In this document: piece after piece, positions 48,903 through 61,495 of the stretch
How the letters are laid out: each line of letters starts with the position of its first letter
Position numbering within the stretch: position 1 is the stretch's first letter
Assembly: GCA_973895155.1 (NCBI GenBank)
Contig: OZ316897.1
Location: forward strand, 21,170,260 to 21,234,259
Source: Marsupella aquatica
Taxonomy: Eukaryota > Plantae > Marchantiophyta
Length of the DNA: 64,000 nucleotides
Reading direction: 5' to 3'
The notes under the pieces: model-generated
What the model was told of the DNA's origin: nothing
The model's database searches: none
Seen by the model: the letters and a program-made list of their open reading frames with translations, nothing else
Program-made: the position numbers and the translations under genes

Positions 48903-51900
48903 AATGTCTATCATGTGAGCTGCACGACGAGAAAGGGCCTTTAGGATCATTCCAAAACTAACCGTCGAAGTCCCATTTGACAAGATTCAAGGTTGTCAAG
49001 TGGAAACTCAGGTTGCAACATAAGTCAATCGACTTCAGATAGGCAACATTGACGCGACCTGGTATTAATTTCGTCGGCTTTGAAATCGTACTCAATTTTC
49101 TACTGTCGACGGGTCCGAAGGTGAACCGATTCAGTGACAAGCTAGACTGGACACAACCGGTTCCTGAATTTCTCCCACACCCCAAAATAATTGCTACCAG
49201 ATCCTCCTGTCCAAATATTTCGAAAGTAACACGGTCTTATCGAAATGCTAATACCTTGGAGGTTCTTCACTACGGAAACCAATTCGACGGCACAAGTGAG
49301 AACTACTTAAACGATTTGGAAGTTGAGAGAATGATATTGAAAGATCAGTGATCCAGGTCCCAGGTGCGGATACGATGGGATGAACACAGGGTCTGAAAAT
49401 CGGACTCTTGCTCTTGATAGTTGAAATTGCTCTTGATACTTAGTTGAAAGTGGTCAAGCCATAAAGTTTAGGGTTGAATAACCAAAGAGAGACAGCTCTA
49501 GAGCACCTAGCTCCATGGGGAAGAACAGTGCTGAAGACCCAAACCAAAGCAACAACGAAAGGCTCAACATACACTCTTGATTGCCAAGCTTCACTGAGGA
49601 AGTGGAACGACACGGGGTCTGAATGAACGAGCGCCACGAGACAGGGAAGATAAGACTCTGCATGATACTGTTCAAATCTAACCTCTCGGACAGTTTATTT
49701 CACAGCACTGTCGCTGGACAACAGATAAGAGGGCAATTACAAAGTAAAAGCAAAGGAAGCGCCTTACCGAAACCATCACACCGCTCCTAATTCTAGCTCA
49801 TTCCATCCTGCTGCTCACTCTCAGTGCTGAATTTGGAAGTCTCCGGAGAGCATTCGATGAAATCGACCTGCCCATGACAAAATCAAAATGCCAATGAGTA
49901 ATTGGGGCCAGATGTCGATGGCTGATTGCATGCTACATATAAGTAGGAGAGATTAGACGGTCAACTAGTTAGAAATTGTCAGGAGAGCCACGAAATCCAC
50001 CTCACTCTCGAGTACTCGATCATCTAATTGCTATAAAGAAGAGAACTTACAGATGGGTGGAACTAACTTAGTAGAAGACGCGTCCAAAGCTTGGGCCTGA
50101 TTCTCACTCGGAGAAGCTCGGACCTGATCTTTGCATCTCCGCTAGTTGGTCCTCTCTTTTGCCCAGATGTAGGATTTTCTGCGAACAATCCAGCTGAACA
50201 GTCGACTCCATCCGACAACCGTCGCAGCTGCTCAGATTTGACTTCTTTGCACAGTTCTTCTTTGCTCTTCGCTTAAGTCCGTTGCTCCCACTTCTCATTT
50301 CCTCGATTCGCCCGTCTCTCTTTCCCAGCTTTGGCCCGAAATCTGAGTCTTTTTCACAAAGCAGAGAATTCCGAAGTCAACATATCTTCTCGTATCTCAG
50401 AAATTCGCTTGTCTTCTGTTCTTAATCCTGTCGTGCACTGTTCGGTTCTTCCATCCGGTTCCGCGTCGTTTGTTTCTATTCTGTCTGGGGAAGACTCGGG
50501 GGAAGACTGAGAAATCAAAAGGAACCTGACGAAGACTACTGTCGGATATAGAATGAAAGTTCTTCCCTCCCTCTCAGGTTCCTTTGTGGGCTAGCTGCGG
50601 CGCTGTTTTCTGTTGTATTCTGTACGCTAGCTAAGTATACTTTCTTTCGATTCTCACGCCAAAGTGATTTGCCTTCCCGGAAAGGAAAAACATTAACAAA
50701 AGGAACATTCGTCCGCGTCACGAAAGGATAGGGAAGCGAGTCACCATTACAAAATGCCAATCGAAACAGTTATACGGAGGTTCTCGCATGCAAATCGATA
50801 CATTCATACGGAAATTTGTCGACTGCAAACGGTTTCTCTGCTAGCGCAAACATTAGTTGGAAGGAAAACAACTACAAGTCCACACCATATCCAGAAACTG
50901 ATAAGAGATCAAGGTAGTGAATAATGTCTTATTTATTAAATAAGCTCGTATGGGCTGAGACGTCACCCTGCACAATGTAAAGTCTGCCTAGACGAAATCC
51001 AAAAGATGTTGCAAGATCAAAGTATCTCTCCAGTTCGAACGGCTGAGACGTCACCAAAACAGCTTTACTGTATCATTTTGTTGCTTGAACGAAATCCAAA
51101 AGCTTAGTGACATCACGCAAACGAAGATTCTTTGCCAACTCGATCAGGGGAGGTCTTGGCTGAGCGAAGACAGGGCTGCACAGTCCTCATGGCCCAGCTT
51201 AGGAAATAGGAACCTCCTGTCGTGGAAAAAAGTGTACAGTCGGACTGGACGACCAGATACATGTCTCCACGGCAAGCATGCAATTTGGTCCCCCTGTTTG
51301 GTCGTCATAGTACGTGGGACCCGGCCTAAATTTGTCTTTGGATTTTCGATCGGGCCCATCAGAGTGCCGTGGCGTGGGGATGGCCCTCGATCGCCAGCGT
51401 CTAGCACGCTTTGTTTTAGTTCTCCTTCACGTAAAAACGAACTTCGAAAAAGGCCCGGATCATCCGTGTGCGTGGCACCAAGAAATTTGATTCTCAAAGG
51501 TGAGATGATTATCTGCACATAGGCATTCGAAATAAGGAGGCACTCTAGAAGGATGAGGATGATTATTGAAATACGAGCCCTGGGCCACTGCTTTGCACTT
51601 TGCAAGAAGGGAAGGCCCATAGGGATTGGGGGAGGGGGGGCATTAGGGGCAGCAGGAAGCAAATATGTGATAGGGTCTACATTTTTCTCTTCAATGGTGA
51701 GCAAAAATAGCTAATCAAATCCAACGGCTGTTGATCTTTCCCGCCGAGAAGCTTTTTTGTATGCGGACGAAGGACAAAAAAAGACGGGATCCTTTATTAT
51801 AGTTGTAGATTGGAGACTCATTTTAGTCAGAAATTAGGACGACCAATATAAGCTCACTCTTGCCAACAACTTGCTTGCAAAGGCGCAAGAATCATGATTG

Positions 51901-52080
51901 AATACGAGTCGGGGGGGTCACTTCCACAAATGTTGACATCATGTATGAACCAAATAAGGGGCATTTTATTCATTTTAGGGAAGTACTTAGAAGTAGCGAG
52001 GAAGTAAGGGGGTAACAATTCAAAGAGTACCACAGGGAGTACCACTTGTCATCACATGATTCATTGCTTGCCACATGTCA

Positions 52081-54587
52081 CACTAGTAGAAACCGGGGCA
52101 TTTCATGACCAGACCAGTTATGACAGGCTTGACCACCAGAGTGCTTTAATAAAGCGTCAGTCTTATGGGTGTGACCCCAGATGACTTGACAGTCACTAAT
52201 GAGTCTACATAAGTGGCCCGCGGGTCTCTTAGAGGATTTTTAGGCTTCATAGAGAGTAATTAGTATAGTCGAGACGTTGTTTTGGAGCAAGTATGAAATG
52301 GTAGAAGTGACAAAATGGTTAAATAGAAATAGGAATTAAGCTCTATGCCCTTGACTTTTAGTTAGCAATAAGTGACATGAAGATTAGTTGAGAGAAAAAG
52401 AAAGATTTTTTTTCAGGCCATATTAGTATTGACATTTGATAGTCTAAATGTAAGTTTTAGACAAGTGTCAGGATAGATAAACTAAGCTACTTAGGACTTG
52501 GGATAAATATTCTTCTTGGTGTTAGATTAGTAAGGGAATAACCAGGAGTAGTTCTAGTAATTAGTCAAATTGCTGTAGTTGCTTGGAGATCAATCATGTA
52601 GAGGAATTAGTGAAATTTGGGGTTACACCAATTTGGCGGTGCCGCTAAATTGAATAGCTAGCTTAGAGTGGGACTTACAGGGCCTTGCTACTGGCCAGTA
52701 ATGAGGTGGAGAAAGGTCCAAGGGGGAGAAAATGTCGAGCCTAAAGTACAAGGGTTGAGCAGGAATCCAAGAGACCATCGATCGAAGGTTTGTGGCTATG
52801 GAGGTAGCAGCAGATCGGGAACTGTATCTTTAGCTTTGATTGCTCGTTTTTGCATTGCATAGGTGTGTTGGATTCGTCTTTGGATGCTCTCGCAGATGGC
52901 AGCTTCGATTTAGGCTTTCCTGGTACACCTTGAAGCTAGTAGAGGTTGCCATTTGACCTGGAATCCAAAATTTTCTCTGGTAAAAGCTGCAGCAGATCGG
53001 GAGATGTATCTTAGCCATTTCTTGATCGTTTTTGGATTGGATTGGGGCATTGGATTTGTCTTTGGATACCCTTGATGCTATGAGCCAGGAATCAAGCCTC
53101 CCATCAGCTGCTCAAAGCTGAAGGAGCTCGAAGTTCAGCCCGAAAGTTCAGGATTTGGAATAACAAAGGCCAAATTTAGTGCTACGGTTTAGGGAGCTGT
53201 ATCTTTGGCATTCTACCATCATTTTGGATTGGACAGCTGGGTTGGGATCGTCCTTGGATTCCCTTTGAGGACATGCATTCAAATCAGGGCTTCAAAAGGA
53301 TCGTTGGATGCTATAGGAGTTAGATCTGGGAGCCGGAAATTAGGGATTTGAGTGAGAAGAAGCCAAAATCTGAGTTATATATTGCTTGACATGAGGGCTA
53401 GCTCGTGGCTTTCCTTGTTGGTTGCTGGATTCGAGGGGAGTAGTTGAGGTGTCCCTGGTGGCCATTCAGTGGAGATTGAGGTGCAGGACAAGGAGACAAG
53501 GAGAATTGATGCAAGATTGAATGTTCTGGTCAGGGAGAGCACAGTGTGACTGATTTGAGGTGGAAAATTTGTGTGCATTGCTGGTGGCTCGTGGGTGCTG
53601 CTCAGGGATCCAAGGAGTGATACCAGGGCAAGTGGGCACCCTGAGGTTGAGTATTGGAGAGATCAGAGTGCTGTTGGAATCCACGAGAGAGATTTTAGGG
53701 CTAAAATGAGTGCCCAGGATACAATGTCATAAATTACTGAGTTACTACTAGAGACCAGGGAGGAGCTACTAGAGTAAAAATTGAAGGTAGGAGCTAGGAG
53801 GAGGTACCCATGGAGGCCAAAAGCGAATTCAGTTCAGGAGTGATGCATGGAGGTTTGTGAGAACTTACCTAGGTAGTGAGTAGGACATTTAGAATAGATG
53901 AGCAACAAGTTAGCCAAGTAAATTTCAGTTTCAAGCTTTGCAAGAGAGTAATTAGATGCATTGGATGCTGTGATAGGAGGTAGAGAAGAGACAAGGAGGA
54001 GAGCAGCTCCTGAGAGTGAGTGAGCTCTCAAGTTTTAGCTATTTAGTTGTGCAAATTTTCAGTTTTAGGGGCTTGTATGTTGTTGGCTGGTGGAAGCTAT
54101 GTGCATTTTCGCTCAAGCCAAGCTGATCAGCAACTGTAGTGTCCCAACTCTAGGAAAGTAGTGTGTGTATGAGAGAGGGTTCAGCCTGGAAGATTCACCT
54201 GTGTTGGAAGCTTTGAATTGTGAGTTACATAAAACAGCCCTCTTGACTTATCTCACTCTATTGTCCTGTTTGTGATGTTGTATATGACTGGTGGGTTTGT
54301 ATTATCTTCCATTCAATCTGATGTTGAAGGTTCAGAAGTGTTAATTGGTTGTGCATAGTACACTATAGCATGTTCTCATCCAAAAATGCCCAAGTATGGA
54401 TTTGGTCATTATTAGTCACAAAATGTGTCTTAAAGCCTAGTCACAGATCTGACCACTCGATTTCAGTCACTTTAAATAAGACGCTATGTCAAAATTATGA
54501 CTGGCTTGATACCCCCCAAACTTTAGTCACAAGGAGTCATGGGCAGTCGTAAAACCTAGTCATATAGCACCCCGTTTTCTACTAGTG
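52081..54587. mobile_element. Non-autonomous CACTA element
   Basis: TIRs CACTAGTAGAAACCGGGG / CCCCGTTTTCTACTAGTG, 3-bp TSD TCA on both sides. TGAC/GTCA subterminal motifs. Three degenerate ~180-bp internal repeats (52815-53280). No transposase ORF. Confidence 0.92.
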
Positions 54588-55419
54588 TCAATAAATGATT
54601 GGTGGATTTTTGGAGCTTCATATCTATTCCTTTTAGAGAGAGTGGTTAAATATGGACGTTCACACAGGGTATACAACAATTTCATAAGGTGAACCCCCCA
54701 AGATAGGAGTTCCTTGTTGTCTATTGGGAGCAACGGGTAGGGCAGAAGGAGCTTGTGATCAAAGCCATTGGGGCAACATTCAAATTAGTAGTTGGGTAAA
54801 GTCTCATGAAAGTAGACACGCACAGCATGTCAATGGGGATTTGTCACAACTTAGGGCAGTCAAGACAGGAAGAAAATATCTACAACTATAATAAAGAAGC
54901 CCCCCAAAAGTTGTCAATAGTCCCTTTGATTTGGTGAGAATAAAGCCTGACCATAATTGGACTTATGTTAGGTTTAATTTTAGCCTTTGACCGGTAGAAC
55001 TAAGTGTCCACCAAAGCAAATAGGACCTTAGGGTCATTAAGTAGGTGATAATAATTATGAGGAGAGACGGTCTACGGTGTATAAGTTAAGTACACCAAAA
55101 CTACAGGGTAAGCGCAAATAAGTATAGGGTTTTTATATTGGGTTTAGTGACATACTTTTAAATATTTGTTGAAGAATATTAAGGTTATTTTAATCCAATT
55201 TTGAAGATTATAAGAATCATGGGGTTTTTTAAAATCAAATTTTGGAATATTCCATTAAGTTAGGTATAAACAAATTCCTAAAAAAAACTTTATCGACTTA
55301 ACTTTTAGGATATATGTTTATTCCCCCAAAACTTCGCGCATGATATGGGACACCCCTTGGATTGAGGCCCTCGAGCAGTCGGCATGGTCCGCCAATTGCT
55401 TGATGACATTACTTACTTA

Positions 55420-55667
55420 GGCTAAAGATAGAGCATCACAGTGCTCACATCCTACTCTTGCATGTCCCGCCAGTCATCATTGTTGACATCATTTGGCTGG
55501 TCCTTTGACAGTTTGATAAGCCCGGTGGCACAAAATACCCCCTTCACCTGTCGCTCCCACAACAAGTAGTCTGTCCGGCCGTCGTATTTCATAACCTCAA
55601 ACTTGGGACCTCCAAGCTTGATTTCCCCTATCCTTTTTTTGTTACTTGTCATAGTCTTGATTCCCAA
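55420..55667 (-). mobile_element. Ty1/Copia gag N-terminal remnant
   Basis: PKFEVMKYDGRTDYLLWERQVKG...DDWRDMQE*DVSTVMLYL matches the Copia gag pattern KF....FDG..F..W...; contains a stop. Confidence 0.7.
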
Positions 55668-58112
55668 ATTCCGCTAGATCTTTTGCTCCCTGGGCCCTCA
55701 CTCCGTGTAAAATAAGTGGACCCCTTGCGATTGGGCTCTTTTCCTATTTACCTAGGGTTATTTCCATTTTACTATTAAAAGTTCCCTTATTACTGGTAAT
55801 AATTATAATTATTAGTTCAAAATGAATAAAAACTACCCTTTGAGCATTTGTACGTCCTCCACATATTAGTTAAGACTGAGGGCCTAGGGCTTTCGCTTCC
55901 TCCTCAGATTGCTCCAATGACTCAATAGAACCCTCCTTCAAGTCACTCATGATGTGAGAAATCAAGAAAAATTGTCATTTTTTTAACTTCTCAAAAAACT
56001 CAAAACTTGTCACCAATGCGTAGCCCATGAACCAAAATCCAACACTGAAAACCCAAATCAAAACCAAATTCCGACGTCAAACTTATTTACTTTTTGGTCG
56101 GGGTGGGTAAAATATAAAATTCTCCCCCGTTTTGACCACCTTGGGAATAACCAAAATTCAAATTAGAACCCAACATTGGAAATGCAATTCGATCGGTGCA
56201 CCATGTTGCCAACTCCGGGTGGCTACCATCAGGGCTTTACTTTCAAGAATGTTATGAACATTTTGATGAAAATATTGACTTTGTAATGTATGCACTTTTA
56301 AAACAAAAAAGTAACCAAACCAGGAGAACAAACATGTATTAGATTCTCTACAACTAGTATAATAGCATACATGTTTGGGCCTGATCCACAGCTAATGGGG
56401 GCCAGCACAACTGTTAGTTCAACACAAGAGAATTGGAATTTTTCTAGATCCTAATGGGTTACTGACCTAAGTGTTTGGTTGCTTGTGCATACATCGAGGA
56501 CCATTTAGCAACAGTTGTGTTAGGGAGAGTTGTGTTGCAGAACTTGTCTAGCTTAACACTCAGCTCCAGCGTCGCTGACTCCGACGCCGAGCTCCCTTAT
56601 GGTCCAAACCCGGATAGGCCATCTGGGGAGGACTTAGCATGGGACATGGCACTGCAAAGGCAAGGTGCTTAGTTGGTGGCACACAATAAGGACTTAGGCA
56701 AGTTGAGGGTTGGTCGGGTCCTCGGTTGGGTCAAAGGGAAAGGGCCGGGCTCAAGGGTCCTCGGACGGACTTTGAGTTCTGAGGGCTTGAGTGAGAGCTC
56801 CTCTTGGGCCCAAGGCCAAGAGAGTTGCCATGGGCAACGGATGCTTGGGGCGCGAGTTATGCGGGGGAGTTATGGCCCGATCCGGGTTTGGCTGATCGGA
56901 GGCCCCAAGCAACAATGGGATTTGAGGGCCTAGGCATGAGCACTGGGTTGGCCAAATCACAATGGGCTAAGGCACTCCGCTTGCAGACGCCTAATTAGAA
57001 AGTTATGGGCATTGCCAGTCGGTGGCGCCCCCAGACATGCGGGTTGGGGTCCAAGTGGGGGGCCAAAATTTGGGGACCAAAGTTGGTCCGAGGGTGGCAG
57101 GTTTCCAGAAGCATATATGAGGAGAGTGGTGTCTCCCTGGGGGCTAAGGGCGAGTCAAAGTCATGAGCCGCAACAGTCGTGACAAAAAGGTAAAATGCCA
57201 AATGGAAACGAGAATAACTTCCCAACGTTGGAAAGCATTGGAAAGCTCTCGAGAAGGGCTACATCCTCTTGAGCTCAGCTAGGTTTGGGGGTGCCATAGG
57301 TTTTCGGGGTTTGCGGGGGCTATCTTGCTCGCTTGCCAAAACCTGCCGAAACAGCAGCCAAGCCGCGTTTAGTCTCTCAAGGGAGCTTGCATTGGGGAGG
57401 CAAGGCCAAGTAGGCGTGGAGGTTGAGTTCCAAGGGCACTTGGCCCCTAGACCATCAGTGGGGCAAAAAATGGGAGTTGGTTGCTAGAGTCGGGGCAGTT
57501 CTGGTCCCGACGTGTTGGGACAAGCTTAGGATAAGCTTTAGGACAAGCTACACTATTTGGGCCATGAGCATATCCTGGGGGCAGGCGGTCAGTTGGTGAT
57601 GGATAGGTATAAGGGGGAACCCGGGCTGCACCCAAGGAAGGGGTTGTTCTGGATGAACAGTGGGTATCGGTTCCGGTTCTGGCTTATGGCATTGGGAGGA
57701 CCTATCGCTGACCTACTTACCAATGTCTGTTGAGCTTGAGTTATGATGCTAGACTTGGAAGTTCTAGATTTTGAGGGGTAACTACTTACCAAGATGCTTG
57801 GTTGCTTGTGCAAACAATGAGGACTGTTGAGTAGCGGTCGTGTTGGGGAGCGAACGCGGCTTCGTATGGGAGGGGCCACAGGCGGTGCAAGGGGTACTAA
57901 ATTGTTTGCTTGAGGTATTCCATGCAGGCATTCGGGCACCAGAGGCATTTAGGCGTGGGTGCTGGGATTGGTGAGGGTGTGGGGTGGCAAGGTCCACCAC
58001 TGGGAGTGAGTGCCGCTTTATGTGGGAGTTGCCGTTGGTGGTGCTAGAGGTACCAAGTTGCTAGCTCAAGGAATTCCGTGTAAGTGTTTGGACACCAATG
58101 ACACTTAGGCTA

Positions 58113-58459
58113 TGTTAGATATTGCTCTAGTCTTGTGACTCATGAGCTAACCACAGTTAGTCTAACTCAGGTTAGGACTTAGCTAATGTTAGTGGTAGTG
58201 CTGGTGTGCATATAGCTAGGGCTGATGCTAGACCCTGGTGGAACTTAGGCTCATTGTTACGGAGCTAGTTGAGAGATAAGGAAAGCTTACAGTGCTGTGG
58301 ATGCTTGGTATGGCTGGTCGGCCTAGAGTGCAGTAAAGCTCTTGTGTGTTCCCGTGGACGTAGCCTCATGTGGAGGTGAACCACGTATCTCTCTGTGTCG
58401 ACTATTGTACGGTGGATGGTTCATGGGCTTGCCGTTGCGAATATCGTCTATGCTCAACA
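58113..58459 (+). mobile_element. Copia-type solo LTR (347 bp) with 5-bp TSD GGCTA
   Basis: GGCTA|TGTTAG...CTCAACA|GGCTA. TATA-like catatag; Copia LTR motif gtggacgtagcc...ggtgaaccacgta. Confidence 0.8.
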
Positions 58460-60001
58460 GGCTAGAGTGTTAGGATTGGTGAGGGCACTAAGTGACTAGG
58501 TCCATCACTCCTTTGAATCCAATTGCTCTAGTGACTTTCTACGACTTGATAAAAGTTCTACCTTTTCTCATGAGTGTGAGAGAAATGATTTTGAACAATG
58601 TGCTATATGATTTGGTTTTGGTCAATTTCTTTTACATCAAAACATCAGTTTTTTCCAAATATATTTAATCTTTCTATTTCTTGAGTTGAGAGTTACAAGA
58701 GTTTAGTAGACTAAAATGGACCTAATATGGTCAACTGGATATCAGACCATTTTAAGGAATTTAAATATTGTCTTGTAGAAAGGGGAGTTGCATTGGGAGT
58801 TGTGTACTTGCACAGGTCCTGGAGGACAAATTAAAAAGAAATTAGTTACTTTTGGGAAGGCTCTTGGGAGTTAGATAAATGGTTGAGAGGGTGGGATGAT
58901 CATTTGGCAATACTAACATGGTGCCCAAATGACAGAGTAGAATAAATAATTTATCCAAAACCTTATAATGTTGTGACACACAAGACTGAATGAACATAGT
59001 TCACATTATTGTACTCTCTCTGGTGCCCCCTGTGTAAGTTTTCGTGCAATTCATGCAAAAACAAATCTACCACAATGCTTCATTATTAGACTTCAATCCA
59101 TTCACACAATGAACATACAATTTTCAAAAGTCAACATTTGAATAATTTAAAAATTTAAAGTATTCTATATATCGATCCTTTCAGGTATATATAATTATAA
59201 CTGGCTACTTGGACTGACCAGTGAATTCTATACTTGCGTTACGACTATGCAGTCAGACTAACTTCTGGAGTAGCGTTACTTAGCCAAACTCCTCGTTTGT
59301 TTTGCAAATTAGAAAATCTGGACTTTGTCAAAATGTTTGAATCAATTTTTTGAGATTTAAAAAGTTGCGATAGATTTGTCATGAGTAGCAGTCGCGATAG
59401 CAATCTCTCGAAATTTTTGGATCCATCAAAATCTGCAGAGTTTTGCATTCACCTACAGATTCCCTAGTTGTGTTCCTTTAGAGGATGACGCTCTGAAGTT
59501 GCCGTCTAGGTAACCAGATTAATTAACTAGCTGTACGTTGTCTACCAAAAGAGAATTGAAAACTTAAGACTGCAGGTTGTTGTTTAATTAACTTTCTTGC
59601 TAGTGACTTCATAATGCAACTCAAAGGACAGAAACGAAACAAGAGTCGAAATGAACCACATTTCTTCGAGTCAAAATATCAGCGGGAACATCAGTGGGAA
59701 CAAAATGTCCACATATAAAACGTACATGCACACTTCCTCGACTCAAAATATCAGTGGGAACAAAAGATGCATGGAAACCAGCCAAAAGTAAAATATCATT
59801 ATTCAAAGGAACATTCCTGGAAACCCAGCCAGGGGCATTATTATTCAAAAGTATAATAAGTGCAAGTTGCTAGCACCAAACTAGATTGTGCACCAAGGCC
59901 AGTCGATCTCCATGGACAGACCTGTCGATCAGATGAATATTGTGATCCAGCCTTTGTTGCCGTGCTTGCCCTACTGTATGGCGCATTTTTTTCTGTGACA
60001 G

Positions 60002-60918
60002 CTATAATTTGGCCCAATTTTGGAACAACTGGTATGGCTGGTCTGCAGCAGCTGATACGGAGAAGCCGGCTTCATTCACTATGTAGAAACAATCTGGCAT
60101 ACATGAGCGACCGTCTGGCATGGGCCGCATGGGGAACTCCTGGCACCAGCTGTTGATGGTCTGACTATACGTTCCAGAACCAGGTACTACCATCGTGTAG
60201 CTGCAGTGCCAATTCATACATGATGTCAAATTGTACCGCGATGAGAAATTAGGAAAATTTGTCCGACCGTATGACTAAAACACCGTAGTTAAGCTGGATC
60301 TAATAGTCATTCCATATCTATTCTTAGCAAGAAAGCGTAGCTCTGGGTTCTTTTCCACCCACGAGAAAGCAAAAACAATTCTGACCTAACAGCAAAACCC
60401 TAATTGAACCAGCCCACCACCAACACCATAAAGGATACTCCAGAGGTATTATAGCCGTAGCGTATTCGCATTGATGAGACATCTATTAATTGTCGTCACT
60501 CTTAGGTACCCGTCAGCCTGGTGAAAGCTTAATTATCGAAGCAACCTAGCTACAGCATGCATGGCAGGAAATGTATAACTGTAAAACGGATCGAAGCAAT
60601 ATAATGAACTATCAACTTAGAGGAAATTGTTATTAACAGAACTAGCCGACAAGTTTGAAGTACTCACTTCATGCCGACACAACCAATTGTGTTCTGCATA
60701 TTCATATCGATAGTCAAACCCGGATCGTGAGTGACAAACGGGTAATTTACAACGTTGTTGTTGGTATACTGAACAGTTTTCTGATACTTAATTGTGTAAG
60801 TACCCTGCGCATCTGGGTTGGTGATCTGGAGCGAGCCGATATTTTCTGCCAGCCCGCATTGAACGCAGGTTGCCAAAACCAGGAGGACAGCTAGCCATGA
60901 ACATGTGGAGCTCGCCAT
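60002..60918 (-). CDS. Small secreted Cys-containing protein, S-protein-homologue (Self-incomp_S1)-like, copy A
   Basis: Exon 60918-60668 (signal peptide MASSTCSWLAVLLVLATCVQCGLA; donor AA|GTGAGT) and exon 60200-60002 (acceptor CTGCAG|) join in frame. C-terminal SCMPDCFYIVNEAG resembles the SPH C..C.W...DG motif. TATA at ~61100. The gene is well supported; the family call is tentative. Confidence 0.7.
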
Positions 60919-61279
60919 TGCACCTTCTGAATCCGCTTATCTGACAGAATTGAGTAACGAAGCGAGAGAAACCGAAAGACGACCTAAACTGAGACAGAAA
61001 CGTAAGACCGCACTCTGAAAGAGAGACTGAAAGACTCCTTAATCTCAACAGCAGGCAATTGAAAGGAAGTGTACTGGAGCAGCAGAGCAAGTCAGCCTTA
61101 TATAGCCAAGTATACGAACGACACACCTTTCCTGACATTTCAAGATAGGGCCAACAGGGCCAACTGTTCGTAAGTGATCAGTTCAGTCTGCAGCACGACA
61201 TTTAGTTTCCTCTTGTTTCGACCTTCGATCTCGCTTTTAGTCAGTGACACCTGTTTGGTTCGACGCTGCATTTAGGTGC

Positions 61280-61495
61280 GTCCCCACTGGGGTCTACCCT
61301 AGGCTTTTTCCGTTTGCTATAGGCTTCCCCACTGGGGTTTTACTGTAGACATGTAACTTTTACCCTAGGGTGTTTCCGTAGACATTTAACTTTCACCCTA
61401 AGCCTTTTCCGTTTACTATAGGCTTCCCTAGTGGGTTTTACCTTAGACATTAAACTTTTAACCAAGGCTTTTTCCGTTTACTCTAGGCTTTTTAC
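61280..61495. repeat. Degenerate tandem repeat (accctaggctttttccgtttactataggct... units)
   Basis: Three to four interleaved copies read directly. Confidence 0.7.

Noticed and set aside
52170-54350. LTR nested inside the second CACTA
   Set aside because: A TGTGACCCC start is suggestive, but I found no matching CA end with a TSD.
56470-58100. GC-rich ORFs as genes
   Set aside because: No recognisable motifs or splice structure; likely non-coding retroelement-derived sequence.
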